Part shown: one piece after another, positions 53,201 through 64,000 of the stretch
How the letters are laid out: every line of letters starts with the position of its first letter
Position numbering within the stretch: the first letter of the stretch is position 1
Origin: Eledone cirrhosa
Lineage: Eukaryota
Assembly (NCBI GenBank): GCA_964016885.1
Contig: OZ024742.1
Location: forward strand, 363,816,001-363,880,000
Direction of reading: 5' to 3'
DNA length: 64,000 nucleotides
The notes under the pieces: model-generated
Told to the model about the DNA's origin: nothing
Database searches by the model: none
The model's input: the letters and a program-made list of their open reading frames with translations, nothing else
Translations under genes and position numbers: made by a program

Positions 53201-56200
53201 ACTATCCTTGGTGCTAAGTTGGTTCCAATGTCAGATGGAACTATCCTTTCTGCTAAGTTGGTTACAATGTCAGATGGAACTATCCTTGGTTCTAAGTTGG
53301 TTACAATGTCAGATGGAACTGTCCTAGCTGCTAAATTGGTTACAATGTCAGATTGAACTATCCTTGCTGCTAAGTTGGTTAGAATGTCAGATGGAACTAT
53401 CCTTGCTGCTAAGTTGGTTAGAATGTCAGATGGAACTATCCTTGCTGATAAATTGGTTGGAATGTCAGATGGAACTATCCTTCCTGCTAAGTTGGTTAGA
53501 ATGTCAGATGGAACTATCCTTGCTGCTAAGTTGGTTAGAATGTCAGATGGAACTATCCTTGCTGATAAATTGGTTAGAACGTCAGATGGAACTATCCTTG
53601 CTGCTAAGTTGGTTAGAATGTCAGATGGAACTATCCTTGCTGCTAAGTTGGTTAGAATGTCAGATGGAACTATCCTTGCTGCTAAGTTGGTTAGAATGTC
53701 AGATGGAACTATCCTAGCTGCTAAGTTGGTTAGAATGTCAGATGGATCTATCCTTGGTGCTAAGTTGGTTCCAATGTCAGATGGAACTATCCTTGCTGCT
53801 AAGTTGGTTAGAATGTCAGATGGAACTATCCTTGCTGCTAAGTTGATTAGAATGTCAGATGGAACTATCCTTGGTGCTAAGTTGGTTAGAATGTCAGATG
53901 GAACTATCCTTGGTGCTAAGTTGGTTCCAATGTCAGATGGAACTATCCTTGCTGCTAAGTTGGTTAGAATGTCAGATGGAACTATCCTAGCTGCTAAGTT
54001 GGTTAGAATGTCAGATGGATCTATCCTTGGTGCTAAGTTGGTTCCAATGTCAGATGGAACTATCCTTGCTGCTAAGTTGGTTAGAATGTCAGATGGAACT
54101 ATCCTTGCTGCTAAGTTGGTTAGAATGTCAGATGGAACTATCCTTGGTGCTAAGTTGGTTAGAATGTCAGATGGAACTATCCTTGGTGCTAAGTTGGTTA
54201 GAATGTCAGATGGAACTATCCAAGCTGCTAAGTTGGTTAGAATGTCAGATGGAACTATCATTGCTGCTAAGTTGGTTAGAATGTCAGATGGAACTATCCA
54301 AGCTGCTAAGTTGGTTAGAATGTCAGATGGAACTATACTTGCTGCTAAGTTGGTTAGAATGTCAGATGGAACTATCCAAGCTGCTAAGTTGGTTAGAATG
54401 TCAGATGGAACTATCCTTGCTGCTAAGTTGGTTAGAATGTCAGATGGAACTATCCAAGCTGCTAAGTTGGTTAGAATGTCAGATGGAACTATCCTTGCTG
54501 CTAAGTTGGTTAGAATGTCAGATGGAACTATCCAAGCTACTAAGTTGGTTAGAATGTCAGATGGAACTATCCTTGCTGCTAAGTTGGTTAGAATGTCAGA
54601 TGGAACTATCCAAGCTGCTAAGTTGGTTAGAATGTCAGATGGAACTATCCTTGCTGCTAAGTTGGTTAGAATGTCAGATGGAACTATCCAAGCTGCTAAG
54701 TTGGTTAGAATGTCAGATGGAACTATCCTTGCTGCTAAGTTGGTTAGAATGTCAGATGGAACTATCCTTGCTGCTAAGTTGGTTAGAATGTCAGATGGAA
54801 CTATCCTTGGTGCTAAGTTGGTTAGAATGTCAGATGGAACTATCCTTGGTGCTAAGTTGGTTAGAATGTCAGATGGAACTATCCAAGCTGCTAAGTTGGT
54901 TAGAATGTCAGATGGAACTATCCTTGGTGCTAAGTTGGTTAGAATGTCAGATGGAACTATCCAAGCTGCTAAGTTGGTTAGAATGTCAGATGGAACTATC
55001 CAAGCTGCTAAGTTGGTTAGAATGTCAGATGGAATTATCCTTGGTGCTAAGTTGGTTAGAATGTCAGATGGATCTATGCTTGCTGCTAAGTTGGTTAGAA
55101 TGTCAGATGGAACTATCCTTGGTGCTAAGTTGGTTAGAATGTCAGATGGAACTATCCTTGCTGCTAAGTTGGTTAGAATGTCAGATGGAACTATCCTTCC
55201 TGCTAAGTTGGTTAGAATGTCAGATGGAACTATCCTTGCTGCTAAGTTGGTTCCAATGTCAGATGGAACTATCGTTGGTGCTAAGTTGGTTAGAATGTCA
55301 GATGGAACTATCCTTGGTGCTAAGTTTGTTACAATGTCAGATGGATCTATCCTTGCTGCTAAGTTGGTTAGAATGTTAGATGGAACTATCCTTGCTGCTG
55401 AGTTGGTTAGAATGTCAGATGGAACTATCCTTCCTGCTAAGTTGGTTAGAATGTCAGATGGAACTATCCTTGCTGCTAAGTGGGTTACAATGTCAGATGG
55501 AACTATCCTTGGTGCTAAGTTGGTTAGAATGTCAGATGGAACTATCCTTGGTGCTAAGTTTGTTACAATGTCAGATGGAACTATCCTAGCTGCTAAGTTG
55601 GTTAGAATGTCAGATGGAACGATCCTTGGTGCTAAATTGGTTACAATGTCAGATGGAACTATCCTTGCTGCTAAGTTGGTTACAATGTCAGATGGAACTA
55701 TCCTTGGTGCTAAGTTGGTTACAATGTCAGATGGAACTATCCTAGCTGCTAAGTTGGTTAGAATGTCAGATGGAACGATCCTTGGTGCTAAATTGGTTAG
55801 AATGTCAGATGGATCTATCCTTGCTGCTAAGTTGGTTACAATGTCAGATGGAACTATCCTTGCTGCTAAGTTGGTTACAATGTCAGATGGAACTATCCTT
55901 GCTGCTAAGTTGGTTAGAATGTCAGATGGAATTATGCTTGGTGCTAAGTTGGTTAGAATGTCAGATGGAACTATCCTTGGTGCTAAGTTTGTTACAATGT
56001 CAGATGGAACTATCCTAGCTGCTAAGTTGGTTAGAATGTTAGATGGAACCATCCTTGCTGCTAAGTTGGTTCCAATGTCAGATGGAACTATCCTAGCTGC
56101 TAAGTTGGTTAGAATGTTAGATGGAACTATCCTTGCTGCTAAGTTGGTTAGAATGTCAGATGGAACTATCCTTGCTGCTAAGTTGGTTACAATGTCAGAT

Positions 56201-59200
56201 GGAACTATCCTTGCTGCTAAGTTGGTTAGAATGTCAGATGGAACTATCCTTGCTGCTAAGTTGGTTAGAATGTCAGATGGAACTATCCAAGCTGCTAAGT
56301 TGGTTAGAATGTCAGATGGAACTATCCTTGCTGCTAAGTTGGTTAGAATGTCAGATGGAACTATCCAAGCTGCTAAGTTGGTTAGAATGTCAGATGGAAC
56401 TATCCTAGCTGCTAAGTTGGTTAGAATGTTAGATGGAACTATCCTTGCTGCTAAGTTGGTTAGAATGTCAGATGGAACTATCCTTGCTGCTAAGTTGGTT
56501 AGAATGTCAGATGGAACTATCCTAGCTGCTAAGTTGGTTAGAATGTCAGATGGATCTATCCTTGCTGCTAAGTTGGTTCCAATGTCAGATGGAACTATCC
56601 TTGCTGCTAAGTTGATTAGAATGTCAGATGGAACTATCCTTGGTGCTAAGTTGGTTAGAATGTCAGATGGAACTATCCTTGGTGCTAAGTTGGTTCCAAT
56701 GTCAGATGGAACTATCCTTGCTGCTAAGTTGGTTAGAATGTCAGATGGAACTATCCTAGCTGCTAAGTTGGTTAGAATGTCAGATGGATCTATCCTTGGT
56801 GCTAAGTTGGTTCCAATGTCAGATGGAACTATCCTTGCTGCTAAGTTGGTTAGAATGTCAGATGGAACTATCCTTGCTGCTAAGTTGGTTAGAATGTCAG
56901 ATGGAACTATCCTTGGTGCTAAGTTGGTTAGAATGTCAGATGGAACTATCCTTGGTGCTAAGTTGGTTAGAATGTCAGATGGAACTATCCAAGCTGCTGA
57001 GTTGGTTAGAATGTCAGATGGAACTATCATTGCTGCTAAGTTGGTTAGAATGTCAGATGGAACTATCCAAGCTGCTAAGTTGGTTAGAATGTCAGATGGA
57101 ACTATACTTGCTGCTAAGTTGGTTAGAATGTCAGATGGAACTATCCAAGCTGCTAAGTTGGTTAGAATGTCAGATGGAACTATCCTTGCTGCTAAGTTGG
57201 TTAGAATGTCAGATGGAACTATCCAAGCTGCTAAGTTGGTTAGAATGTCAGATGGAACTATCCTTGCTGCTAAGTTGGTTAGAATGTCAGATGGAACTAT
57301 CCAAGCTACTAAGTTGGTTAGAATGTCAGATGGAACTATCCTTGCTGCTAAGTTGGTTAGAATGTCAGATGGAACTATCCAAGCTGCTAAGTTGGTTAGA
57401 ATGTCAGATGGAACTATCCTTGCTGCTAAGTTGGTTAGAATGTCAGATGGAACTATCCAAGCTGCTAAGTTGGTTAGAATGTCAGATGGAACTATCCTTG
57501 CTGCTAAGTTGGTTAGAATGTCAGATGGAACTATCCTTGCTGCTAAGTTGGTTAGAATGTCAGATGGAACTATCCTTGGTGCTAAGTTGGTTAGAATGTC
57601 AGATGGAACTATCCTTGGTGCTAAGTTGGTTAGAATGTCAGATGGAACTATCCAAGCTGCTAAGTTGGTTAGAATGTCAGATGGAACTATCCTTGGTGCT
57701 AAGTTGGTTAGAATGTCAGATGGAACTATCCAAGCTGCTAAGTTGGTTAGAATGTCAGATGGAACTATCCAAGCTGCTAAGTTGGTTAGAATGTCAGATG
57801 GAACTATCCTTGGTGCTAAGTTGGTTAGAATGTCAGATGGATCTATCCTTGCTGCTAAGTTGGTTAGAATGTCAGATGGAACTATCCTTGGTGCTAAGTT
57901 GGTTAGAATGTCAGATGGAACTATCCTTGCTGCTAAGTTGGTTAGAATGTCAGATGGAACTATCCTTCCTGCTAAGTTGGTTAGAATGTCAGATGGAACT
58001 ATCCTTGCTGCTAAGTTGGTTCCAATGTCAGATGGAACTATCGTTGGTGCTAAGTTGGTTAGAATGTCAGATGGAACTATCCTTGGTGCTAAGTTTGTTA
58101 CAATGTCAGATGGATCTATCCTTGCTGCTAAGTTGGTTAGAATGTTAGATGGAACTATCCTTGCTGCTGAGTTGGTTACAATGTCAGATGGAACTATCCT
58201 TGCTGCTAAGTTGGTTAGAATGTCAGATGGAACTATCCTTGCTGCTAAGTTGGTTACAATGTCAGATGGAACTATCCTTGGTGCTAAGTTGGTTCCAATG
58301 TCAGATGGAACTATCCTTGGTGCTAAGTTGGTTACAATGTCAGATGGAACTATCCTTGCTGCTAAGTGGGTTACAATGTCAGATGGAACTATCCTTGGTG
58401 CTAAGTTTGTTACAATGTCAGATGGAACTATCCTAGCTGCTAAGTTGGTTAGAATGTCAGATGGAACGATCCTTGGTGCTAAATTGGTTAGAATGTCAGA
58501 TGGATCTATCCTTGCTGCTAAGTTGGTTACAATGTCAGATGGAATTATGCTTGGTGCTAAATTGGTTAGAATGTCAGATGGAACTATCCTTGCTGCTAAG
58601 TTGGTTAGAATGTCAGATGGAATTATGCTTGGTGCTAAGTTGGTTAGAATGTCAGATGGAACTATCCTTGGTGCTAAGTTTGTTACAATGTCAGATGGAA
58701 CTATCCTAGCTGCTAAGTTGGTTAGAATGTTAGATGGAACTATCCTTGCTGCTAAGTTGGTTAGAATGTCAGATGGAACTATCCTTGCTGCTAAGTTGGT
58801 TACAATGTCAGATGGAACTATCCTAGCTGCTAAGTTGGTTAGAATGTTAGATGGAACTATCCTAGCTGCTAAGTTGGTTAGAATGTCAGATGGAACTATC
58901 CTTGCTGCTAAGTTGGTTAGAATGTCAGATGGAACTATCCTTCCTGCTAAGTTGGTTAGAATGTCAGATGGAACTATCCTTGGTGCTAAGTTGATTAGAA
59001 TGTCAGATGGAACTATCCTTGGTGCTAAGTTGGTTAGAATGTCAGATGGAACTATCCTTGCTGCTAAGTTGGTTAGAATGTCAGATGGAACTATCCTTCC
59101 TGCTAAGTTGGTTACAATGTCAGATGGAACTATCCAAGCTGCTAAGTTGATTAGAATGTCAGATGGAACTATCCTTGGTGCTAAGTTGGTTACAATGTCA

Positions 59201-59268
59201 GATGGAACTATCCTTGCTGCTAAGTTGGTTAGAATGTCAGATGGAAATATCCTGGCTGCTAAGTTGGT
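50296..59268 (-). other. Repeat-derived stop-free frame (IVPSDILTNLAAR)n between two indels; coding status unsupported
   Basis: The track ORF 50266..57030 covers part of this stretch. By eye the frame stays open upstream to the indel at about 59270. Confidence 0.12.
50940..58170. repeat. Triplicated block with offsets of 54 monomers (2106 bp) and 71 monomers (2769 bp)
   Basis: GGTTCTAAG 51182/53288; ATCATTGCT about 52151/54257/57026; GCTACT about 52430/54536/57305. Matching track ORFs start at 51909/54015/56784. Confidence 0.88.
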
Positions 59269-59969
59269 TGAATGTCAGTTGGAACTATCCTTGGTGCTAA
59301 GTTGGTTCCAACGTCAGATGGAACTATCCTTGTTGCTAAGTTGGTTACAATGTCAGATGGAACTATCCTTGGTGCTAAGTTGGTTAGAATGTCAGATGGA
59401 ACTATCCTAGGTGCTAAGTTGGTTAGAATGTCAGATGGAACTATCCTTGGTGCTAAGTTGGTTCCAATGTCAGATGGAACTATCCTAGTTGCTAAGTTGG
59501 TTAGAATGTCAGATGGAATTATCCTTGCTGCTAAGTTGGTTACAATGTCAGATGGAACTATCCTTGCTGCTAAATTGGTTAGAATGTCAGATGGAACTAT
59601 CCTTGGTGCTAAGTTGGTTAGAATGTCAGATGGATCTATCCTTGCTGCTAAGTTGGTTACAATGTCAGATGGAACTATCCTTGCTGCTAAGTTGGTTAGA
59701 ATGTCAGATGGAACTATCCTTGCTGCTAAGTTGGTTACAATGTCAGATGGAACTATCCTAGCTGCTAAGTTGGTTACAATGTCAGATGGAACTATCCTTG
59801 CTGCTAAGTTGGTTACAATGTCAGATGGAACTATCCTTGCTGCTAAGTTGGTTAGAATGTCAGATGGAACTATCCTTGCTGCTAAGTTGGTTACAATGTC
59901 AGATGGAACTATCCTTGGTGCTAAGTTGGTTCCAATGTCAGATGGAACTATCCTTGGTGCTAAGTTGGT

Positions 59970-61260
59970 TACAATGTCAGATGGAACTATCCTTGGTGCT
60001 AAGTTGGTTAGAATGTCAGATGGAACTATCCTTGGTGCTAAGTTGGTTACAATGTCAGATGGAACTATCCTTGCTGCTAAGTTGGTTACAATGTCAGATG
60101 GAACTATCCTTGCTGCTAAGTTGGTTAGAATGTCAGATGGAACTATCCTTGGTGCTAAGTTGGTTAGAATGTCAGATGGAACTATCCTTGGTGCTAAGTT
60201 GGTTACAATGTCAGATGGAACTATCCTTGCTGCTAAGTTGGTTAGAATGTCAGATGGAACTATCCTTGCTGCTAAGTTGGTTAGAATGTCAGATGGAACT
60301 ATCCTTGGTGCTAAGTTGGTTAGAATGTCAGATGGAACTATCCTTGGTGCTAAGTTGGTTACAATGTCAGATGGAACTATCCTTGCTGCTAAGTTGGTTA
60401 CAATGTCAGATGGAACTATCCTTGCTGCTAAGTTGGTTAGAATGTCAGATGGAACTATCCTTGGTGCTAAGTTGGTTAGAATGTCAGATGGAACTATCCT
60501 TGGTGCTAAGTTGGTTACAATGTCAGATGGAACTATCCTTGCTGCTAAGTTGGATACAATGTCAGATGGAACTATCCTTGCTGCTAAGTTGGTTAGAATG
60601 TCAGATGGAACTATCCTTGGTGCTAAGTTGGTTAGAATGTCAGATGGAACTATCCTTGGTGCTAAGTTGGTTACAATGTCAGATGGAACTATCCTTGCTG
60701 CTAAGTTGGTTACAATGTCAGATGGAACTATCCTTGCTGCTAAGTTGGTTAGAATGTCAGATGGAACTATCCTTGGTGCTAAGTTGGTTAGAATGTCAGA
60801 TGGAACTATCCTTGGTGCTAAGTTGGTTACAATGTCAGATGGAACTATCCTTGCTGCTAAGTTGGTTACAATGTCAGATGGAACTATCCTTGCTGCTAAG
60901 TTGGTTAGAATGTCAGATGGAACTATCCTTGGTGCTAAGTTGGTTAGAATGTCAGATGGAACTATCCTTGGTGCTAAGTTGGTTACAATGTCAGATGGAA
61001 CTATCCTTGCTGCTAAGTTGGTTACAATGTCAGATGGAACTATCCTTGCTGCTAAGTTGGTTAGAATGTCAGATGGAACTATCCTTGGTGCTAAGTTGGT
61101 TAGAATGTCAGATGGAACTATCCTTGGTGCTAAGTTGGTTACAATGTCAGATGGAACTATCCTTGCTGCTAAGTTGGTTACAATGTCAGATGGAACTATC
61201 CTTGCTGCTAAGTTGGTTAGAATGTCAGATGGAACTATCCTTGGTGCTAAGTTGGTTAGA
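59970..61260. repeat. Local 4-mer (156-bp) higher-order repeat: GGT-AGA, GGT-ACA, GCT-ACA, GCT-AGA, about 8 copies
   Basis: The two polymorphic sites cycle regularly with a period of 4 units. Confidence 0.8.
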
Positions 61261-64000
61261 ATGTCAGATGGATCTATCCTTGGTGCTAAGTTGGTTACAA
61301 TGTCAGATGGAACTATCCTTGGTGCTAAGTTGGTTACAATGTCAGATGGAACTATCCTTGGTGCTAAGTTGGTTAGAATGTCAGATGGAACTATCCTTGG
61401 TGCTAAGTTGGTTAGAATGTCAGATGGAACTATCCTTGGTGCTAAGTTGGTTACAATGTCAGATGGAACTATCCTTGCTGCTAAGTTGGTTAGAATGTCA
61501 GATGGAACTATCCTTGCTGCTAAGTTGGTTAGAATGTCAGATGGATCTATCCTTGGTGCTAAGTTGGTTACAATGTCAGATGGAACTATCCTTGCTGCTA
61601 AGTTGGTTACAATGTCAGATGGAACTATCCTTGCTGCTAAGTTGGTTAGAATGTCAGATGGAACTATCCTTGGTGCTAAGTTGGTTAGAATGTCAGATGG
61701 AACTATCCTTGGTGCTAAGTTGGTTAGAATGTCAGATGGAACTATCCTTGGTGCTAAGTTGGTTACAATGTCAGATGGAACTATCCTTGGTGCTAAGTTG
61801 GTTAGAATGTCAGATGGAACTATCCTTGGTGCTAAGTTGGTTAGAATGTCAGATGGAACTATCCTTGGTGCTAAGTTGGTTACAATGTCAGATGGAACTA
61901 TCCTTGCTGCTAAGTTGGTTAGAATGTCAGATGGAACTATCCTTGGTGCTAAGTTGGTTAGAATGTCAGATGGATCTATCCTTGGTGCTAAGTTGGTTAC
62001 AATGTCAGATGGAACTATCCTTGGTGCTAAGTTGGTTAGAATGTCAGATGGAACTATCCTTGGTGCTAAGTTGGTTAGAATGTCAGATGGAACTATCCTT
62101 GGTGCTAAGTTGGTTAGAATGTCAGATGGAACTATCCTTGGTGCTAAGTTGGTTAGAATGTCAGATGGAACTATCCTTGGTGCTAAGTTGGTTACAATGT
62201 CAGATGGAACTATCCTTGGTGCTAAGTTGGTTAGAATGTCAGATGGAACTATCCTTGGTGCTAAGTTGGTTAGAATGTCAGATGGAACTATCCTTGCTGC
62301 TAAGTTGGTTAGAATGTCAGATGGATCTATCCTTGGTGCTAAGTTGGTTACAATGTCAGATGGAACTATCCTTGGTGCTAAGTTGGTTAGAATGTCAGAT
62401 GGAACTATCCTTGGTGCTAAGTTGGTTAGAATGTCAGATGGAACTATCCTTGGTGCTAAGTTGGTTAGAATGTCAGATGGAACTATCCTTGGTGCTAAGT
62501 TGGTTAGAATGTCAGATGGAACTATCCTTGGTGCTAAGTTGGTTACAATGTCAGATGGAACTATCCTTGGTGCTAAGTTGGTTAGAATGTCAGATGGAAC
62601 TATCCTTGGTGCTAAGTTGGTTACAATGTCAGATGGAACTATCCTTGGTGCTAAGTTGGTTAGAATGTCAGATGGAACTATCCTTGGTGCTAAGTTGGTT
62701 AGAATGTCAGATGGAACTATCCTTGGTGCTAAGTTGGTTACAATGTCAGATGGAACTATCCTTGGTGCTAAGTTGGTTACAATGTCAGATGGAACTATCC
62801 TTGGTGCTAAGTTGGTTAGAATGTCAGATGGAACTATCCTTGGTGCTAAGTTGGTTACAATGTCAGATGGAACTATCCTTGGTGCTAAGTTGGTTAGAAT
62901 GTCAGATGGAACTATCCTTGGTGCTAAGTTGGTTAGAATGTCAGATGGAACTATCCTTGCTGCTAAGTTGGTTAGAATGTCAGATGGATCTATCCTTGGT
63001 GCTAAGTTGGTTACAATGTCAGATGGAACTATCCTTGGTGCTAAGTTGGTTAGAATGTCAGATGGAACTATCCTTGGTGCTAAGTTGGTTAGAATGTCAG
63101 ATGGAACTATCCTTGGTGCTAAGTTGGTTACAATGTCAGATGGAACTATCCTTGGTGCTAAGTTGGTTAGAATGTCAGATGGAACTATCCTTGGTGCTAA
63201 GTTGGTTAGAATGTCAGATGGAACTATCCTTGCTGCTAAGTTGGTTAGAATGTCAGATGGATCTATCCTTGGTGCTAAGTTGGTTACAATGTCAGATGGA
63301 ACTATCCTTGGTGCTAAGTTGGTTAGAATGTCAGATGGAACTATCCTTGGTGCTAAGTTGGTTAGAATGTCAGATGGAACTATCCTTGGTGCTAAGTTGG
63401 TTAGAATGTCAGATGGAACTATCCTTGGTGCTAAGTTGGTTAGAATGTCAGATGGAACTATCCTTGGTGCTAAGTTGGTTACAATGTCAGATGGAACTAT
63501 CCTTGGTGCTAAGTTGGTTAGAATGTCAGATGGAACTATCCTTGGTGCTAAGTTGGTTAGAATGTCAGATGGAACTATCCTTGGTGCTAAGTTGGTTAGA
63601 ATGTCAGATGGATCTATCCTTGGTGCTAAGTTGGTTAGAATGTCAGATGGAACTATCCTTGGTGCTAAGTTGGTTACAATGTCAGATGGAACTATCCTTG
63701 GTGCTAAGTTGGTTAGAATGTCAGATGGAACTATCCTTGGTGCTAAGTTGGTTAGAATGTCAGATGGAACTATCCTTGGTGCTAAGTTGGTTACAATGTC
63801 AGATGGAACTATCCTTGCTGCTAAGTTGGTTAGAATGTCAGATGGAACTATCCTTGGTGCTAAGTTGGTTAGAATGTCAGATGGATCTATCCTTGGTGCT
63901 AAGTTGGTTACAATGTCAGATGGAACTATCCTTGGTGCTAAGTTGGTTACAATGTCAGATGGAACTATCCTTGGTGCTAAGTTGGTTACAATGTCAGATG

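Larger units (their letters stand above)
1..64000. repeat. 39-bp tandem satellite array, about 1641 monomers, extending beyond both window edges
   Basis: The consensus ATGTCAGATGGAACTATCCTTGCTGCTAAGTTGGTTAGA recurs head-to-tail without interruption. Spacing from ATG at 37 to ATG at 63991 is 1640 x 39 - 6. All monomers are in the same orientation and there is no unique spacer. Confidence 0.99.

Noticed and set aside
5-59761. (MELSxLLSWLECQ)n ORFs as genes
   Set aside because: This is a shadow frame of the repeat. The common CTA and GTA alleles create frequent TAG/TAA stops in it.
1-64000. CRISPR array (repeat length is in the CRISPR range)
   Set aside because: The units are directly adjacent with no unique spacers, and there is no leader or cas gene.
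1-64000. Telomeric repeat (GGTTAG resembles TTAGG/TTAGGG)
   Set aside because: Only a 6-nt match per unit, lost in ACA and CCA units. Multi-kb block duplications indicate recombination rather than telomerase synthesis. A subtelomeric location cannot be excluded.
1-64000. Minus frame SNQLSSKDSSI*H read through TGA (Sec or Trp recoding)
   Set aside because: It would need recoding in nearly every unit, the common CTA allele adds TAG stops, and no supporting signal is visible.
1-64000. Pure sequencing or rolling-circle concatemer artefact
   Set aside because: Linked rare variants recur at exact multiples of 39 in a hierarchical pattern, which random error on a single template would not produce. 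Local copy numbers could still be misassembled.

Overview
The whole 64-kb window is one uninterrupted head-to-tail tandem array of a 39-bp monomer, consensus ATGTCAGATGGAACTATCCTT(G/C)(C/G)TGCTAAGTTGGTTAGA (about 41% GC, no CpG), and the array runs off both ends. The unit-start ATGs at 37 and 63991 lie 1640 x 39 - 6 bp apart, which matches the ten 1-bp indels I found (8 deletions, 2 insertions). I see no unique sequence, conventional gene, RNA gene, mobile element or CRISPR spacer. The long ORFs in the track arise because the unit is a multiple of 3 and is stop-free in three of six frames. The best reading is a (probably eukaryotic) satellite or macro-minisatellite with rich internal structure: variant domains, local 2-, 3-, 4-, 5- and 9-mer higher-order repeats, and nested multi-kb duplications datable by shared rare variants. 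The most intriguing points are (i) a minus-strand frame (IVPSDILTNLAAR) in which I found no substitution stop across 64 kb, (ii) a plus-strand peptide that looks like a beta-hairpin, and (iii) stop and frameshift alleles that have been copied along the array, which argue against present-day coding function. I cannot assign an organism or a named satellite family.
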